Shown here one piece after another: positions 11,870 to 23,735 of a stretch of DNA of 64,000 nucleotides. The translations under genes and the position numbers were made by a program. The DNA comes from Lingula anatina (Eukaryota; Animalia; Brachiopoda), in the NCBI GenBank assembly GCA_051362555.1, contig CM120643.1:4216001-4280000 (forward strand), in the 5' to 3' direction. Under the pieces are notes generated by a model. That model was not told where the DNA came from. It worked only from the letters and a program-made list of their open reading frames with translations, and did no database searches. Numbering within the stretch: position 1 is the first letter of the stretch; each line of letters starts with the position of its first letter.

Positions 11870-12600
11870 ATTTATGGTCAGTCTGCACATTCAATCCAGT
11901 CCTGGTTTCTGTCGTACATGCATACCTTTTCCTCATTAACTCAGCCATTTAAGCTAATTGCAATGATCGCATTTAGCAAGAATCTCTCCCAACTAGTACA
12001 ATGTATCTATCTGACAGATTACAGCTCTATAGAATACCACCCTAAGAGCAGTTGCAACACTGCCAATGTGACTGCTGTAGATTCTCCAGGGCAGATGACT
12101 GGATCCCTTCATACTTGAGATGGAACCATTGCAGGCAGTCTTCACATTCAATCCAGTCCTGGTTTCTATCATAGACCTGCCTACAATGACAATTTTTAGA
12201 CAATTTTGGTCTTGTATGGTGGCGGTTCTCTGATCTATATGGGAACATTTCCAGCCTTCTGCTTTCAAAACACTTGCTGAGATGTTCCCTCATCGCACTT
12301 TGCTCCCAAATTAAGCCCTCAGGTCTTGTTCCAAAGCACAGAACCATTGCATTAGCAATGTAAAAAGTCCACAGTCATTTCCGCCAGTTTGCTCCTGAAC
12401 GTCAATATGCTCCTAAACAATTTTCTTTGGATGGTGCAAAAAGCAATGAGGCAGCAATCTTAGCAATCTTCCCCTTCAATCTGGGGCTAAGTCTGGAATT
12501 TGAACACAATTGCTAATATTGCTATTAATGTTGGAAAGAGTAAGCCAATGGGAGTTAAGATTAACTATCTGCACAAATAAAGGCATGGGGTGGATAAGAT
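11870..12600 (-). pseudogene. Ulp1-like (C48) cysteine protease plus PHD finger(s), frameshifted; probably transposon cargo
   Basis: Translates FVQIVNLNSHWLTLSNI (catalytic His), then VQEQTGGNDCGLF (Gln/Cys), then CHCRQVYDRNQDWIECEDCLQWFH...WQCCNC (PHD). A second partial YDRNQDWIECAD copy lies at ~11878-11920. Confidence 0.78.
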
Positions 12601-13694
12601 ATGAACATTTTTAACAAACTCTAGGGTACAAGTGTATGATCTCCATAAAAATCTGAAGGCAACATGCACCCAAGTGTCTTCATGGCATAAAATTCACTTC
12701 ACAAAATAAAGACAAAATCTGAATACAAAACTTCAAATCAAATCCATTTCACTTTTGTTAAAAAAAATGAATTATTAATTTAAGAGATCACCCATATTTT
12801 TAAAGATCTGTCCCAAACCACTTATGCTCATTATCAAGATGCCTTAATACAAACCTGATGGGTTCTCAGTCATCATTGGGTCCTCCTGGCCAGCTTGGGC
12901 CTCAACTGAAACAAACAAATTAGCATGGAATGAGTAACTAACCTTCTCTGTAAGGTGTCAAGTGAATATAAACCACATTGGTTTTAAGCTCTTTCCCTTC
13001 CAGAGTCTCCAAAGTTACATTCTACTTCTGGTCTATTCTTTTTACCCTAGAAGTAATATTATGAGAAATGTATGCAAAAAGTCACAGTACTATAGAGCTT
13101 TCATAATGCATGTTTTGACATGCTGAATTTCTAGCTACATTTTATTGCCCCCACCCCCAATATAGTACTAATATCTGTAAGTCCAAATTAAGGGATAACA
13201 ATTGTTTGTATGCAATAAATATTTCACAATAAAAACATTGTAAATAGAACTTTAATAGATAACATTTTACAACCAAAACAGTGGTTATTACTATTATTCT
13301 CAAATCTGTACCTGCCATCTGAAAACATGGAGCTTCGTGATATAATTATTTAAAAAAAAAAAAAAAACATGGGCTTACTTTGAATGTCAGAATGGAGTCA
13401 TTAACAGTTTAGAAACTTTATGTTTACTCTACAAAAATCTATTTTTTGGGGCAAAAGGAACAGTTGTTCTTCCTTTAAATTAAATTTTCATCAAAACTGT
13501 GTGAAATGCGACATGAAATATGCATTGAATAAGTGAACACGTGGATAATAGAGAGTTTTGGCAAGGCCTTCCGTATGACGTGTAACGTATAGATCAACAC
13601 GTAATACGTTTTACGTACGCGAGAAAGCTAGCAGTGGTTTTGGCAGGTCTCACTCCGTATGCGTTTTTTTCCGCCAGGAGCCGCTAGTTCCAAA

Positions 13695-14766
13695 ATGGCC
13701 GCGCCCTGGACATCCAAGCGGAAGTTAATTTGTGCACAAATTTTCGACTTTGACTTAGAAACTACGCTCGTTTTCGCAAATTACAAGCGACGAAGAGACT
13801 CCACATATGATCCTGATCATGGCAAGTTTGTTTTTGATGACCAAACTTCGGCAAAAATATGTTCTATGACAAGATTTCAAAAGGATGACATTGGCAGACT
13901 TCAAAATGCATTGGGCATCCCTGACGTTTTGATCTGTCCAGATAGAACTGTATCAACCGGAGTAGACGCATTGTGCATATTGTTACGTAGATTGGCATAT
14001 CCAAATAGACTGTGTGACCTCGAAGAAGTATTTGGCAGATCATCTTGTGCCCTATCCCAAATATTCACTACAACTCTTGATGTTATCTATGAAAACAATG
14101 GACATATCCTACAATCTCTGCGTGACCAAGAATGGCTGACAGATGGATATGAACTATTTGCTGCAGCTATCCAAGCTAAGGGGGCTGCACTTGCTAACTG
14201 CTGGGGCTTTATAGACGGCACTGTGCGGCCTATGTGTAGGCCTCAGGAAGGGCAACAAGTGTGCTATAATGGACACAAACGGACACATGCCCTGAAATAT
14301 CAGAGCATCACTGCACCAAATGGATTAATAGCAAATATGTTTGGTCCAGTTGAAGGATCGAGACATGATTCTGCCTTACTCCGCATGAGTGGTATAATAC
14401 TGGAACTCTCAGAAATTCAGATAAATGGAGAACAAGGCTGCATCTATGGGGATCCAGCATATCCTTTACGACCAGAAATACAGGTTTTCCATTCAGAAAT
14501 CCAACACCTGATCAACAGATGTTCAATGCCTCCATGTCAGCTGTTAGAATATCTGTAGAGTGGACATTCGGCAAAATTGTTGAAAACTTTGCCTTCCTAG
14601 ACTATAAGAAAAACCATAAACTTTGTCTTCAACCTATTGGCAATCTGGTTGCAGCTCTATTAGTTAATTGCCATACCTGTTTATATGGATCAGAAACGAC
14701 TGATTTTTTTTTCATATTGATCCACCAAGTTTAGAGGAATATTTGCAATATTATGATAATGAATAA
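13695..14766 (+). pseudogene. DDE_Tnp_4-type (Harbinger/HARBI1-like) transposase with two frameshifts
   Basis: Motifs LCILLRRLAYPNRLCDL (HTH region), WGFIDGT, YNGHKRTHALKYQS, GSRHD, IYGDPAYP, RISVEWTFG and the C-terminal PPSLEEYL. Frame changes occur at ~14485 and in the T-run at ~14705. Confidence 0.9.
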
Positions 14767-14901
14767 TAAATAAGAAAACACAGTATTCAAAATTGAAAAA
14801 TTTAATATAAAATGAAACTATGTGAAAAAACTTAAAACTTTCAAATTGAAATAAACTGTATAAACAAAAATCTCTCTTCCTTATAATTAGCAAATGGCAT
14901 G

Positions 14902-16502
14902 TTAATTACTGATCAGTAGTAGAGTTCTACAAATATTAGATGTTGCTCTTTTGATTAACAAATGCACCAATAAGGGCCTTTTGATTTTCAGACTCCTGCT
15001 TTCTGATTTCAAGTTCTTGCATTTACACTGTTCTTTTAGTTCATCAAGCTCCAGCTTTCTCGCTAAGATGCCAAGCAAGAGGTCCTCTTTTGCCTTTTTC
15101 TTTATCTTCTTTGGTTTGGGAGGTTCCACATCATCAGCTGGAATCATCATGCAATAAGATTCAAACAAGAAAGGTGGTGATGATAGAAAAATGACTTCTT
15201 TAAGATAAAAAATATATTTTTTCTATAGAAAATGATTAGGGGCCTATAAGAAAACCTCTCCCATTCATAATGACTAGTAACCAAGTCAAAATAATATCTA
15301 ATTACTGTCGGAATCCTGGTTCTCGGTTTCTTGTTCTGGCCTTTAATTCATCTCATCTTTCACACCTGAAATATTGAATTAAACAACCTTAAAGGGACAC
15401 AAAAGAGGATTCTGACTGTAATGAAAAGGCATGAATCGTGACTTGTTGAACTCACCTGAGGTCAATTAAAACTTTTAAAACATAAATTGACAAATAGATC
15501 ACCTTAAACAATACCAAAAGACATAGTTATATTCACTGTCCCCTATTCAAATCTAAGTAGTCAGCTATTGGGACAAAGGTGCTTAAGCGCGGGTTTTGAT
15601 TTTTTCGTCTTTTTTCCAAAATTGTTACAGATGTATGGCGAGTGTCAGAAATGGAAGATATAAGGTGGGCAAGTCGGGGGAAAAATGCCATTTACTTCGT
15701 TTAATATTAGTTTTGGTGGGAAAATCCTCTTTAACCCCCAATTCTAACATCCTTTTGGCATTTCAATGTCCTAATCAAAATGTAGTATCTTACCATCCAA
15801 TTTTCCTTTATTAGAGAAGCACAGCAGTACTTTATCTCGAACTGCTTTTCCCTCTTTAAGTTTTTCTGTGTCAGTTTTTGCTTTCATTTTAGGATTCGTT
15901 GTCTTTCTTCTTTCAGCAATTTCAAATCCTGCCTCCTTCTCTAATTCAGTCACATCAATCAGCAGTTTCTGTAACTCTGTGTAATCTTGTTGAATGCCAC
16001 TCCTATAATAACACAAAAATTATTTATTGATCAATGCATAATCATCTTACAAATTTCTTTTCTACAGAGAAAACCTATTGCCCATAACATAGGGAACAAT
16101 GTGTTCATATCATAAAATAAAAGAGGAACACAGAATGAAACGTGCAAAATTATGCCAACTTAAATTTTAAAAATAATCTAAAAATAAAATTTTCTGTAAA
16201 GATGCGTAAGACATGTCAGTTGAATTTGCAAATTAAAGAAGTCCTTGATTGATATATTAAGTGGTTACTCACACTTTTTTGGATGCAAGTTCACTACTTT
16301 TCCACTTAGTAAGAATCCTGACAGTTCTTTCTTTCACAGTTCTTGCAGTGTAACGACTTGTTAACTCTAACAGACCAGTCAAAGATTCAGCTGCTTCTGT
16401 CCAGCAAGCTGGGGTTTTAAATGGGTTGTAGAAGTTTACCTCCTTCAGCAACATCTCGTCTATGTCATCAGTAAAAATTATGGATTTTTTCTTGGCTGAC
16501 AT
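14902..16502 (-). pseudogene. Myb/SANT-like accessory protein (ORF2) of the PHIS element, 4 exons
   Basis: Exon 16502-16273 (IIFTDDIDEMLLKEVNFYNPF...W...RTVKERTVRILTKWK) splices GT-AG in frame to 16002-15794 (VSGIQQDYTELQKLL). Further exons at ~15366-15306 and ~15137-14902 (basic/coiled-coil) carry lesions. Confidence 0.8.
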
Positions 16503-17132
16503 ACTGACTTTCCTGACTTTATTAGCTAGGCTATTATATTACGATTATCTGCAATTCAAAGAAATAAAATGATAAGGGTATAGGCCTATATATATGGATT
16601 ACACGAACATGGGGCTGCTTGTGGATTCTTTTTAGATAGATGAATAATTAAGATGTTGAATGGAATGTGTTATTTACGTCAATTGATGCCGCAGATCCTG
16701 TTGTTTATGAAAAAAAAAATCAACTTAAATTGAATTTGATACTACTACGGACGACTGATTGACTGGCTGTTTTTCCAGCTGTTTTCACAGAGTATTTCTA
16801 CCTACAGCGTCTAAAAGTGATTCAGTGGAATCTTAACACCCTATATATTCCTCTGCAGTATGTTAAACTTGAAAGAAATAAGCGTAAATCTATTACATTC
16901 GATACGTTTCTTACCTACGTGTAATCACCGATTCATACGTAGTGCCGTATGACTTATGACTTGTCCTTGAGAAAAACTACGCACAAAGTTATATGTCGTA
17001 CGAAAGGCCTTGCCAAAACTCTCTAATGCCATGAAAGCAAACTTACAGTTGCCAGGTGTCTGAGGTAACATATGTTATATGAATACAAAAGGATTTTTAA
17101 AAAATAGGTCTGCATTTAGAAAACCTACATAC

Positions 17133-17317
17133 CTGTTCTGTTCCACTCATATCTGTTGAGCCGTCCATCACAATACTATAAACTTTGTTCTCAATTTTTT
17201 TTGGTACTGTTTCTCATATCATCAGCAATACATTCAACAAATTTTGTGCAGGAGGTTCTATTTAGGTGAGATGTCCCCAGTTTTGTCCCTTTGGCAATAT
17301 CTAAATTGCAAAGCCAT
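17133..17317 (-). pseudogene. ZNF862/DUF4371-like hAT transposase exon fragment
   Basis: Translates WLCNLDIAKGTKLGTSHLNRTSCTKFVECIADD...DGSTDMSGTEQ (frameshifted), bounded by TTTCAG and GTATGT. Confidence 0.7.
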
Positions 17318-17468
17318 CTGAAAGATAGTCAAAGGTATATTTGGTAAATTGTTTTTATCCTCACAACAAATGAGAATGAAAGTTTAAAAATAAACCATAA
17401 TGAAGATCATATAAGAAAATATTCCCTTACTGCAACTACAATCACCTATTAGAGAAGAGTCTACTTAC

Positions 17469-18162
17469 ATTGTCCAGATTAGAGATTGATGGCCTAATTG
17501 AGATGTACTGATCGAGAAATTGTAATTTCTCTAGAAGCCATCTCGTTTTTTTGGAATTGCCCTTCCTTGCACTTCCACTTGGTTTTGGCTTCTTTGCTTT
17601 GGTGTAACTATTACCAAGTGACGTATCTTTGCCTTCACCCAAGAAGCTGAAAATGTAAAGAGTATAACATTTAGTTAAAAAAAGGAGGGAACTGGGTATT
17701 TTATATTTTTAGGGGCAGGTAGGCCTAAAAAGGCCTCAGTTCGAGAAAATCCTCTTTTTTTAATTAATTCATACTCTTTTATAGGCCTATCTTTTTTAAT
17801 TTAAACAGTGGCATTGCTGTTGTCACAATTTAACCAGTTTGACATTAATATGCTTGAAAATTATTCATTGTTTTACATGCACGTTGAAGCCATGCCTAAT
17901 GCTTTAAACGAGAGCGTGGTTGAATTTTAATTTTTTTTCAAACAACAAGAACTTGAAAAAGACATCAGACATGCTGAAGCCTTGCAGTTTCCTCACTGGT
18001 TTGTTCCAGATGAGTTGCGATCTTCTCAACAGCAAGATCACGTTTTTCTTTGTCCTTGAAGTCCGATGATCTAATATCATATAAGCAGAGATGCTCCTGC
18101 CATATGTCAATGAATTTGTCCTCTAATATGGCTTCAGACACAACCTCATTGGGGGCTGCCAT
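17469..18162 (-). pseudogene. MADF-domain gene fragment (typical Harbinger ORF2), 2 exons
   Basis: Exon 1 reads MAAPNE...FIDIWQEHLCLYDIRSSDFKDKEKRDLAVEKIA, then GTGAG. Exon 2 reads ...KPKPSGSARK...RWLLEKLQFLDQYI, then GTAAGT. Confidence 0.75.
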
Positions 18163-18546
18163 TTTTCTTTGTTTCCGGCTAACGGCATATGCGCATTGTT
18201 GGCATGGCTTGAGCAATCAGCGCTTGCACCCCGCACATGCTGAGCCATTTGCCTCAAGAGACAAAAAATATCAAACGCGTGAGATGTTTTGCTCAGCCGC
18301 GCGAGAGGCAAAAATCTCACCAAAATACCCCCGCATGATGAGAAAACGGCGCAGCGCAACTGGCTCGCGCCATTTACTCACCAAGGGCTTTTATCAAGTA
18401 AAGATAGACCGACAAGCTCACATGACTCAGCGCTGCCGTACGATCCCATTGTGATCTTAAACAAAGCTGAATCATCCTTTTTGACCCATGCAAGTTTTTT
18501 GTGGAAAAGTAAAGAGGATTTGGCTTAATGAATTGAATGCTCTCCC

Positions 18547-20661
18547 TGTACATAAAGAATCCTCACTGCATACTTTTTCCATGTGGATCTGTCTGGGACT
18601 AGGTGGGACTTAAGGCAGTCTGCACACTCTTATCTCTTGTAAAGGGAACCCAGAACACAGATTTCCTATCCTATGATATCCACCTATGAGACACTATAGC
18701 AATGTCAGCTTCTTTTATGAACGTGAACAGGAAAAAGGTCATTTTTCTAAAATATAATTATATTTAAATCAATTTTAATTACAAGTAAAATATTTAAAAA
18801 ATTTACCTAAAAGTAATAAATTTGAAAGTCAAAACCATGAGCTTCCTTGCTACTGATGTTTTCACACGAGTTCGGTCTATATAAGAAACAGCACTATTCT
18901 GTAATTTACCAACACATTTAGGGCTATGATTAGCATTTAAGGCTTTTTCTGTTTCCACCTTGCTAAACTGTGTTTAGAGAATCTGGTAATGGGTCTTTTG
19001 CATGTCTTTTAGACAAAATTAATTGGATATTTACTAGAAGGGTGTTTTCCTTCTGGTGCACAATTCTCAGACAGCTTTCTTACAACTTGTGCTATGGAGA
19101 AGGATGGTTTCCACACCATGTGTTATATAGAGAAGGATGGTTTCCACACCATGTGTTATATAGAGAAGGATGGTTTCCACACCATGTGTTATATAGAGAA
19201 GGATGGTTTCCACACCATGTGTTATATGGAGAAGGATGGTTTCTGCACCATGTGTTATATGGAGAAGGATGGTTTCCATACCATGTGTTTTAGTTTCTGT
19301 AAATAATTTTCAAAAGGAAATGCTGAAATATTATCTAGGCTCCCAATATTGTTTGCATCCAATGAGAGATGTGTCAACCCATGAACATTGTATACTGCCA
19401 TTTCTTGTCCATACATTTGCATAAGCTGCTGTAAAAAAACTACAAGAAGCTCATTTGCAAAACTATTGTACTGTTTACATAACTTAGTATTCATTTAGTA
19501 ATATGTGCATTGATACACATTAAGTGTTGATATAAAGTGGGGTCTAGAATTGCAGACAGTGCAACAGGCCCAGTGTATAACAGCAACTGACGAAATTCTA
19601 TAGCTTTCAATAGGCAATTTCAGACAAAGGTCTCGGCATTCTGGAAAATTCAGATGGTATATTTGGTTTAAAAAAAACTAAACACCTTGATATTTCATTC
19701 AAAATGCCCCCTCCAAGTCTATATTTCAAGGGACCTTTCATCCACATAAGAAGTAAATGTTTCACCACCCCTAAACAAACAACATGCATGTATTCTAGGG
19801 GGAAACAAGAGACCATCCCAACATTCAATTTAGACAGTGGAGTGGGTCCATGGTGATTTTCTTCATCTCTGATTTCGTCAAATGATGAGTCAGTCCTAAC
19901 TGGGACATTGTCTCTGGGAAGGTCATTTTCCCCCCACCCTGGTTGGGTGTATTTATCACAGCCATGATACCCAGAGAAAGACTTAATGTTTTTAATGAAG
20001 GCCGAGCAGGTGTGTCACAGAAGAATGAATGAATGAATACATGTTTACCATGAAAGGTAAATCCACTTTGTATTTGTTGGCACTCGTCAAGAAAATCCTG
20101 TAAATAATTGTATACATTATCCGGCTGAGATACCCCAGAGAATAAAGCAATGAGAAAAGGGCTTTTTGTCGTGAGGTTTACTATTTTTCCAACTATGGGC
20201 CAGAAATTCTGGTTTGTGCTCTTAAATAATGGAAGCCAATCAATAGTAAACTGCAACTGCAAGTTGAATATAAAATCATCAGGAATGTAGTCACCCTAAA
20301 TTAGATTTGAAATGCTGTTTAATGCAATAAAAATATTGACCACCACAGTTTTCTATAATCTTATGTTTTTTTTTTTCAGTGTTCTTGGATCTCTAGGTAA
20401 TTGTGGGTGATACTTATATATTTATACTGTATTTTATTTTTAGATAGAGAGAGGGGCAACTTTCATTCTTGTGAAAAATTAAATCAACATTGACTAAATG
20501 TCAGTTCAATGTTTGCAGCTCACTAGTCAATAACAAAAAAGAATGACATCACCCAATGTTGGCCTTACATCAGCTTAAGGTAAAAAAAATTAACAAAATG
20601 CCAATGCCGACCAAACGCCAATGGTGCTAATGTTGGCCCAATGTCATCTTGCTATGACTGG
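18547..20661 (-). mobile_element. Decayed CACTA/EnSpm (CMC) transposon: transposase, first exon of the companion gene, and one terminus
   Basis: Transposase motifs LQFTIDWLPLFKS..FWPI, FCDTPAR, FPLEYMHVVCLGV, IPSEFSRMPR, KAIEFRQLLLYTGP, YNVHGLTHL and SAFPFENYL, with many frameshifts. 18735-18547 reads AIVSHRW..VFWVPF..P..STWKKYAVRIL (companion ORF N-terminus). A terminus-like CCAGTCATAGCAAGATGACATTGGGCCAAC lies at 20661. Confidence 0.82.
19094..19291. repeat. 33-bp tandem repeat, 6 copies, inside the EnSpm transposase
   Basis: Unit AT(G/A)GAGAAGGATGGTTTCCACACCATGTGTTAT. Confidence 0.95.
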
Positions 20662-21049
20662 AATGCCGTGGTCATTAGATGACAACATGGAATGACAGAT
20701 GTTGTCTATGAAAACAAACAACATAACCGCTAACCCTACCACTGTGACAGTGAATTTCTAAAGAAATTTGGTGGAAATGTGGTATTGGAATCCAAACAGA
20801 AAAGGGGGGGGGGAGCGTTACACTGCCCCCAACCTTTTAAATTTGATTCTCCTGAATCAATTAAGTAAGACTTCTTTGTAAGTTTAACAAGACTTTATTG
20901 ACCTTTTTGTTTTTCACTTCTTTAAGTCATCAAACTGTTCATCTTTCTTTATATTGTTTTTCTTTTTCTATTAAAAGTTCCTAACAATATCTCTTCTCCC
21001 ATTTGGGTAGCGGACTTCTCTCTCATGCAGTCACTTGACCCTTTGGAAT

Positions 21050-22080
21050 AAGGCTACCATATCCAGCTCCCCATCTTCCTCCTTTACTTTTCTTTGGCTC
21101 ACTTTGCTCGGTGGTTTCTCTTCCTCTTCCTCCAATGAACTTGGGTGTTCGTCTCGTTCAGGGGGTGGTCTTACTTTCAAATTTCTTCCAGTTGACCTGG
21201 GGCTGGGGTAAGGGGATGGGGTGAGGGTCGCCTCCTCCCTAGGCGTTATGTTGGGGGTCCTTCAAGATGTCTAGGACTGCTGGGCTCTTCTCCTCCGTCC
21301 TCGGAGCATGCTTGCATTTATAATGCTCTGCCAACACACGGTTTTCTACAAATTTTAAACTGCAGTGACAATTTAAGTAGTTCCTCTCGTGCCGCTTTCG
21401 GTTGCTTCTATCTGTAAGAGAAAGTATGAGTAGGTTACTGGAAAGCTGACCCAGCAAATCTGCTGTAAGGGGGGGGGGGGGGGGGGGTATTAGAAACAAA
21501 CAACAGAATATGGTAAATCCGGATTACATGAAGTTGCATGACTCAGGTAAGTATCTTAGTCGAGACTCTACAAGTGTCAATTGGACCCATGGTTTCTGGA
21601 GTTAGTGACAAAACTTTAAATTATCATAGTGCACAACTTCGGGTTTATGCTTGTGGCTAAGCTTTATCGGGTATACTAGGTATGAAATTTGATCTACCAC
21701 CCATATGGTCCAGTCCATTTTGGCTGTAGTTTTGGATTCTCACCCTTCTTTTTGTTGAACACGAAGTACCATATTTTTTTTTCCTACTTTGTATACTTGC
21801 CAATGTACTCAAGAATCATAGTTACTCTTCTGTACAACAGCAATCTTCTTGAGCTTCTCTCTCACTCATTTCCAGACACTACTCAAGTTTTCACGCAATT
21901 GCAAAGCGTTATCGGTTTGTAAAGCAGGTGAACCCAGAGGTTCCTCAATCATTGCATGTAGCAGTAAATCAATTTCTTGACCTAACACCATTAGATTTGA
22001 GGTTTTGCCAGTGCTGTTGTGTCATGAGCTGCAGTAAGCCATAAAGAATAAGGAGATCTAAAACCCAAGGGGGGTATCAT
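21050..22080 (-). mobile_element. Second Gypsy remnant (integrase C-terminus, GPY/F)
   Basis: ~21850-21610 translates QKSNYD...KKGENPKLQPKWTGPY..VVDQISYLVYPIK..KPEVVHYDNLK with frameshifts, followed by a low-complexity pol tail. Confidence 0.75.
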
Positions 22081-22119
22081 TACAATATCATCTCCCTATC
22101 TTTATTTCGGGAAAATACT

Positions 22120-22300
22120 TGTTCCTGACATAATGTCCTGAAATCTTTTGTTGGAACTTGGAGAGGATTTGTCCCAATGCTGTCAAGGTTTGTGTACCAG
22201 GCTCCAACCATTTCTTTTTCTTCCCTGAGATAAGGAGATAGGGTCCATGTTCCTGTAGCCATCCACAGACATCCACTGGTGTTCATTCTGAACATGGTGC
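22120..22300 (-). pseudogene. Transposase fragment, probably Kolobok-type
   Basis: Translates HHVQNEHQW / C..HGP....KKKWLEPGTQTLTALGQI....ISGHYV, a pattern I recall from Kolobok DDE transposases (not verified). Confidence 0.45.
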
Positions 22301-22959
22301 ATGCCCCCCCCCCCCCCCCCCCCCCCCCCATTTTGAGTAAAAAATTGAAAAACAACAACATAATTTATTTATTTATTTATTTATTTATTTTTTGCATGTA
22401 TTTTGGTGACTGTCTTACCATAAATACCAAACCATGTTTTTGTTTTAAATCAAATTTGCAGAGGCTTTGTTTAGTAAAAAAAAGGCTGCTTGAATAAAAA
22501 ATTAGCAGGATTTGATTATTTTTACCAATACTTAATGTACAGTTTTATAAGTATTGAAAGAAGCTATTATATAACTAATGGTAAAACTGGTGAAGTTGAA
22601 AAACCATAGGCCTTGGACCATATTTGTATATATTTGGTGCAGAAAAAATCTATTAAACTCTGTTGTTGCAACATGTTTTGTGTCTGTATATTTTGTCAGC
22701 TTTGCTGTCTAGTCTTATGTTAGTGCTCATCTTATGGTTTGCCCAAAGATAATTAAGTATAAAAGATGTCTGCAGCAATTTTGTATTAGAAATATGCAGA
22801 GAATTGTTTTAATATTATTTCTTTAAAATAAAAATTTTAGCATTGCCAACTTTTTTGCAATAAGTATATTGAAGCTTTTATACTAATATGTACAGTACAC
22901 TACTGTTGTGATCTCATTGTAATCTTTATAAAAGATGATTTATAATTATTGTTTTTGTG

Positions 22960-23116
22960 GGGGCGTCTCGATAGTCCTAAGGTTCATTGGTCCGAAGGTT
23001 CATTGGTCCGAAAAGTGGTAACATTTTCATCGATTTTTCGTTCAAGGGTTCATTGGTCCGAAGGTTCTATAGTGAATATTTGGACCAATGAACCTTCGGA
23101 CTATTGCTACGGCCCC
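22960..23116. mobile_element. MULE-like MITE with 9-bp TSD
   Basis: Termini GGGGCGTCTCGATAGTCC and GGACTATTGCTACGGCCCC, internal GGTTCATTGGTCCGAA repeats in both orientations, and flanks GTTTTTGTG / GTTTTTGTT. Confidence 0.75.
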
Positions 23117-23549
23117 GTTTTTGTTGCTTACTTTGTAATATTGTAACTTTTGTTAATTATTTTAATGAAATCGATCAAAAGACAAGGCATTTTCTTATCT
23201 TAAATATCCAAAGTTATTTATTGGGTTAGCTTGTCTAAAGTAGTGCTAATGAACTACAGTGTAATAGTGGATAAAGCAAGTCAGTATGATGACTGAATCA
23301 TCACATTGTTAATGCCTGTTATAAGTACTGGTACCTAGTAAATTCCCACCTGGTAATTCTGGAGCTGTTTGTAATCAAAGAATGTTTATTTATTTAATTA
23401 AGCTCATTAGTGCAGATTTTTATTTAAGAGAAACTGGGTTGAAGTTGTAAAGAGGCATACATAAAGAGAAGGGATAAAGAGAAATTAAATACTAAGAAAA
23501 TTTCAGACTCCTGTAGCTGTTGTTATATTTTCTCTCTCATGCCTCATAG

Positions 23550-23735
23550 AGCATATTCAGAACAGTGAACTAACAGTTCCGCAGATCAAATATGACGACT
23601 CACTAAAAGCTTGCCACTTAATTCCTGATTAGACACTGAATAGATTCCCCACAGGGATTAGGCAACAGGTATTAGCATTTAGTGGGTGGCCATATTTGAT
23701 CCAGGGATCTGTTAGTCTGCTGTTCTGAATGCGCT
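23550..23735. mobile_element. Hairpin MITE with ~60-bp imperfect TIRs
   Basis: AGCATATTCAGAACAG...GATCAAATATG is matched by CATATTTGATC...CTGTTCTGAATGCGCT. Confidence 0.7.

Larger units (their letters stand above)
13550..17024. mobile_element. PHIS-group (PIF/Harbinger-related, Pangu-like) DNA transposon, full length 3475 bp
   Basis: TIR AGAGAGTTTTGGCAAGGCCTT (21 bp perfect, ~36 bp imperfect) at both ends, a 3-bp TSD AAT on both sides, and two convergent genes inside. Confidence 0.93.

Noticed and set aside
18970-19424. Repetitive ORFs (EGWFPHHVLY, EKDGFHTMCY, ETILLYITHG)
   Set aside because: These are by-products of the 33-bp tandem repeat read in non-coding frames.
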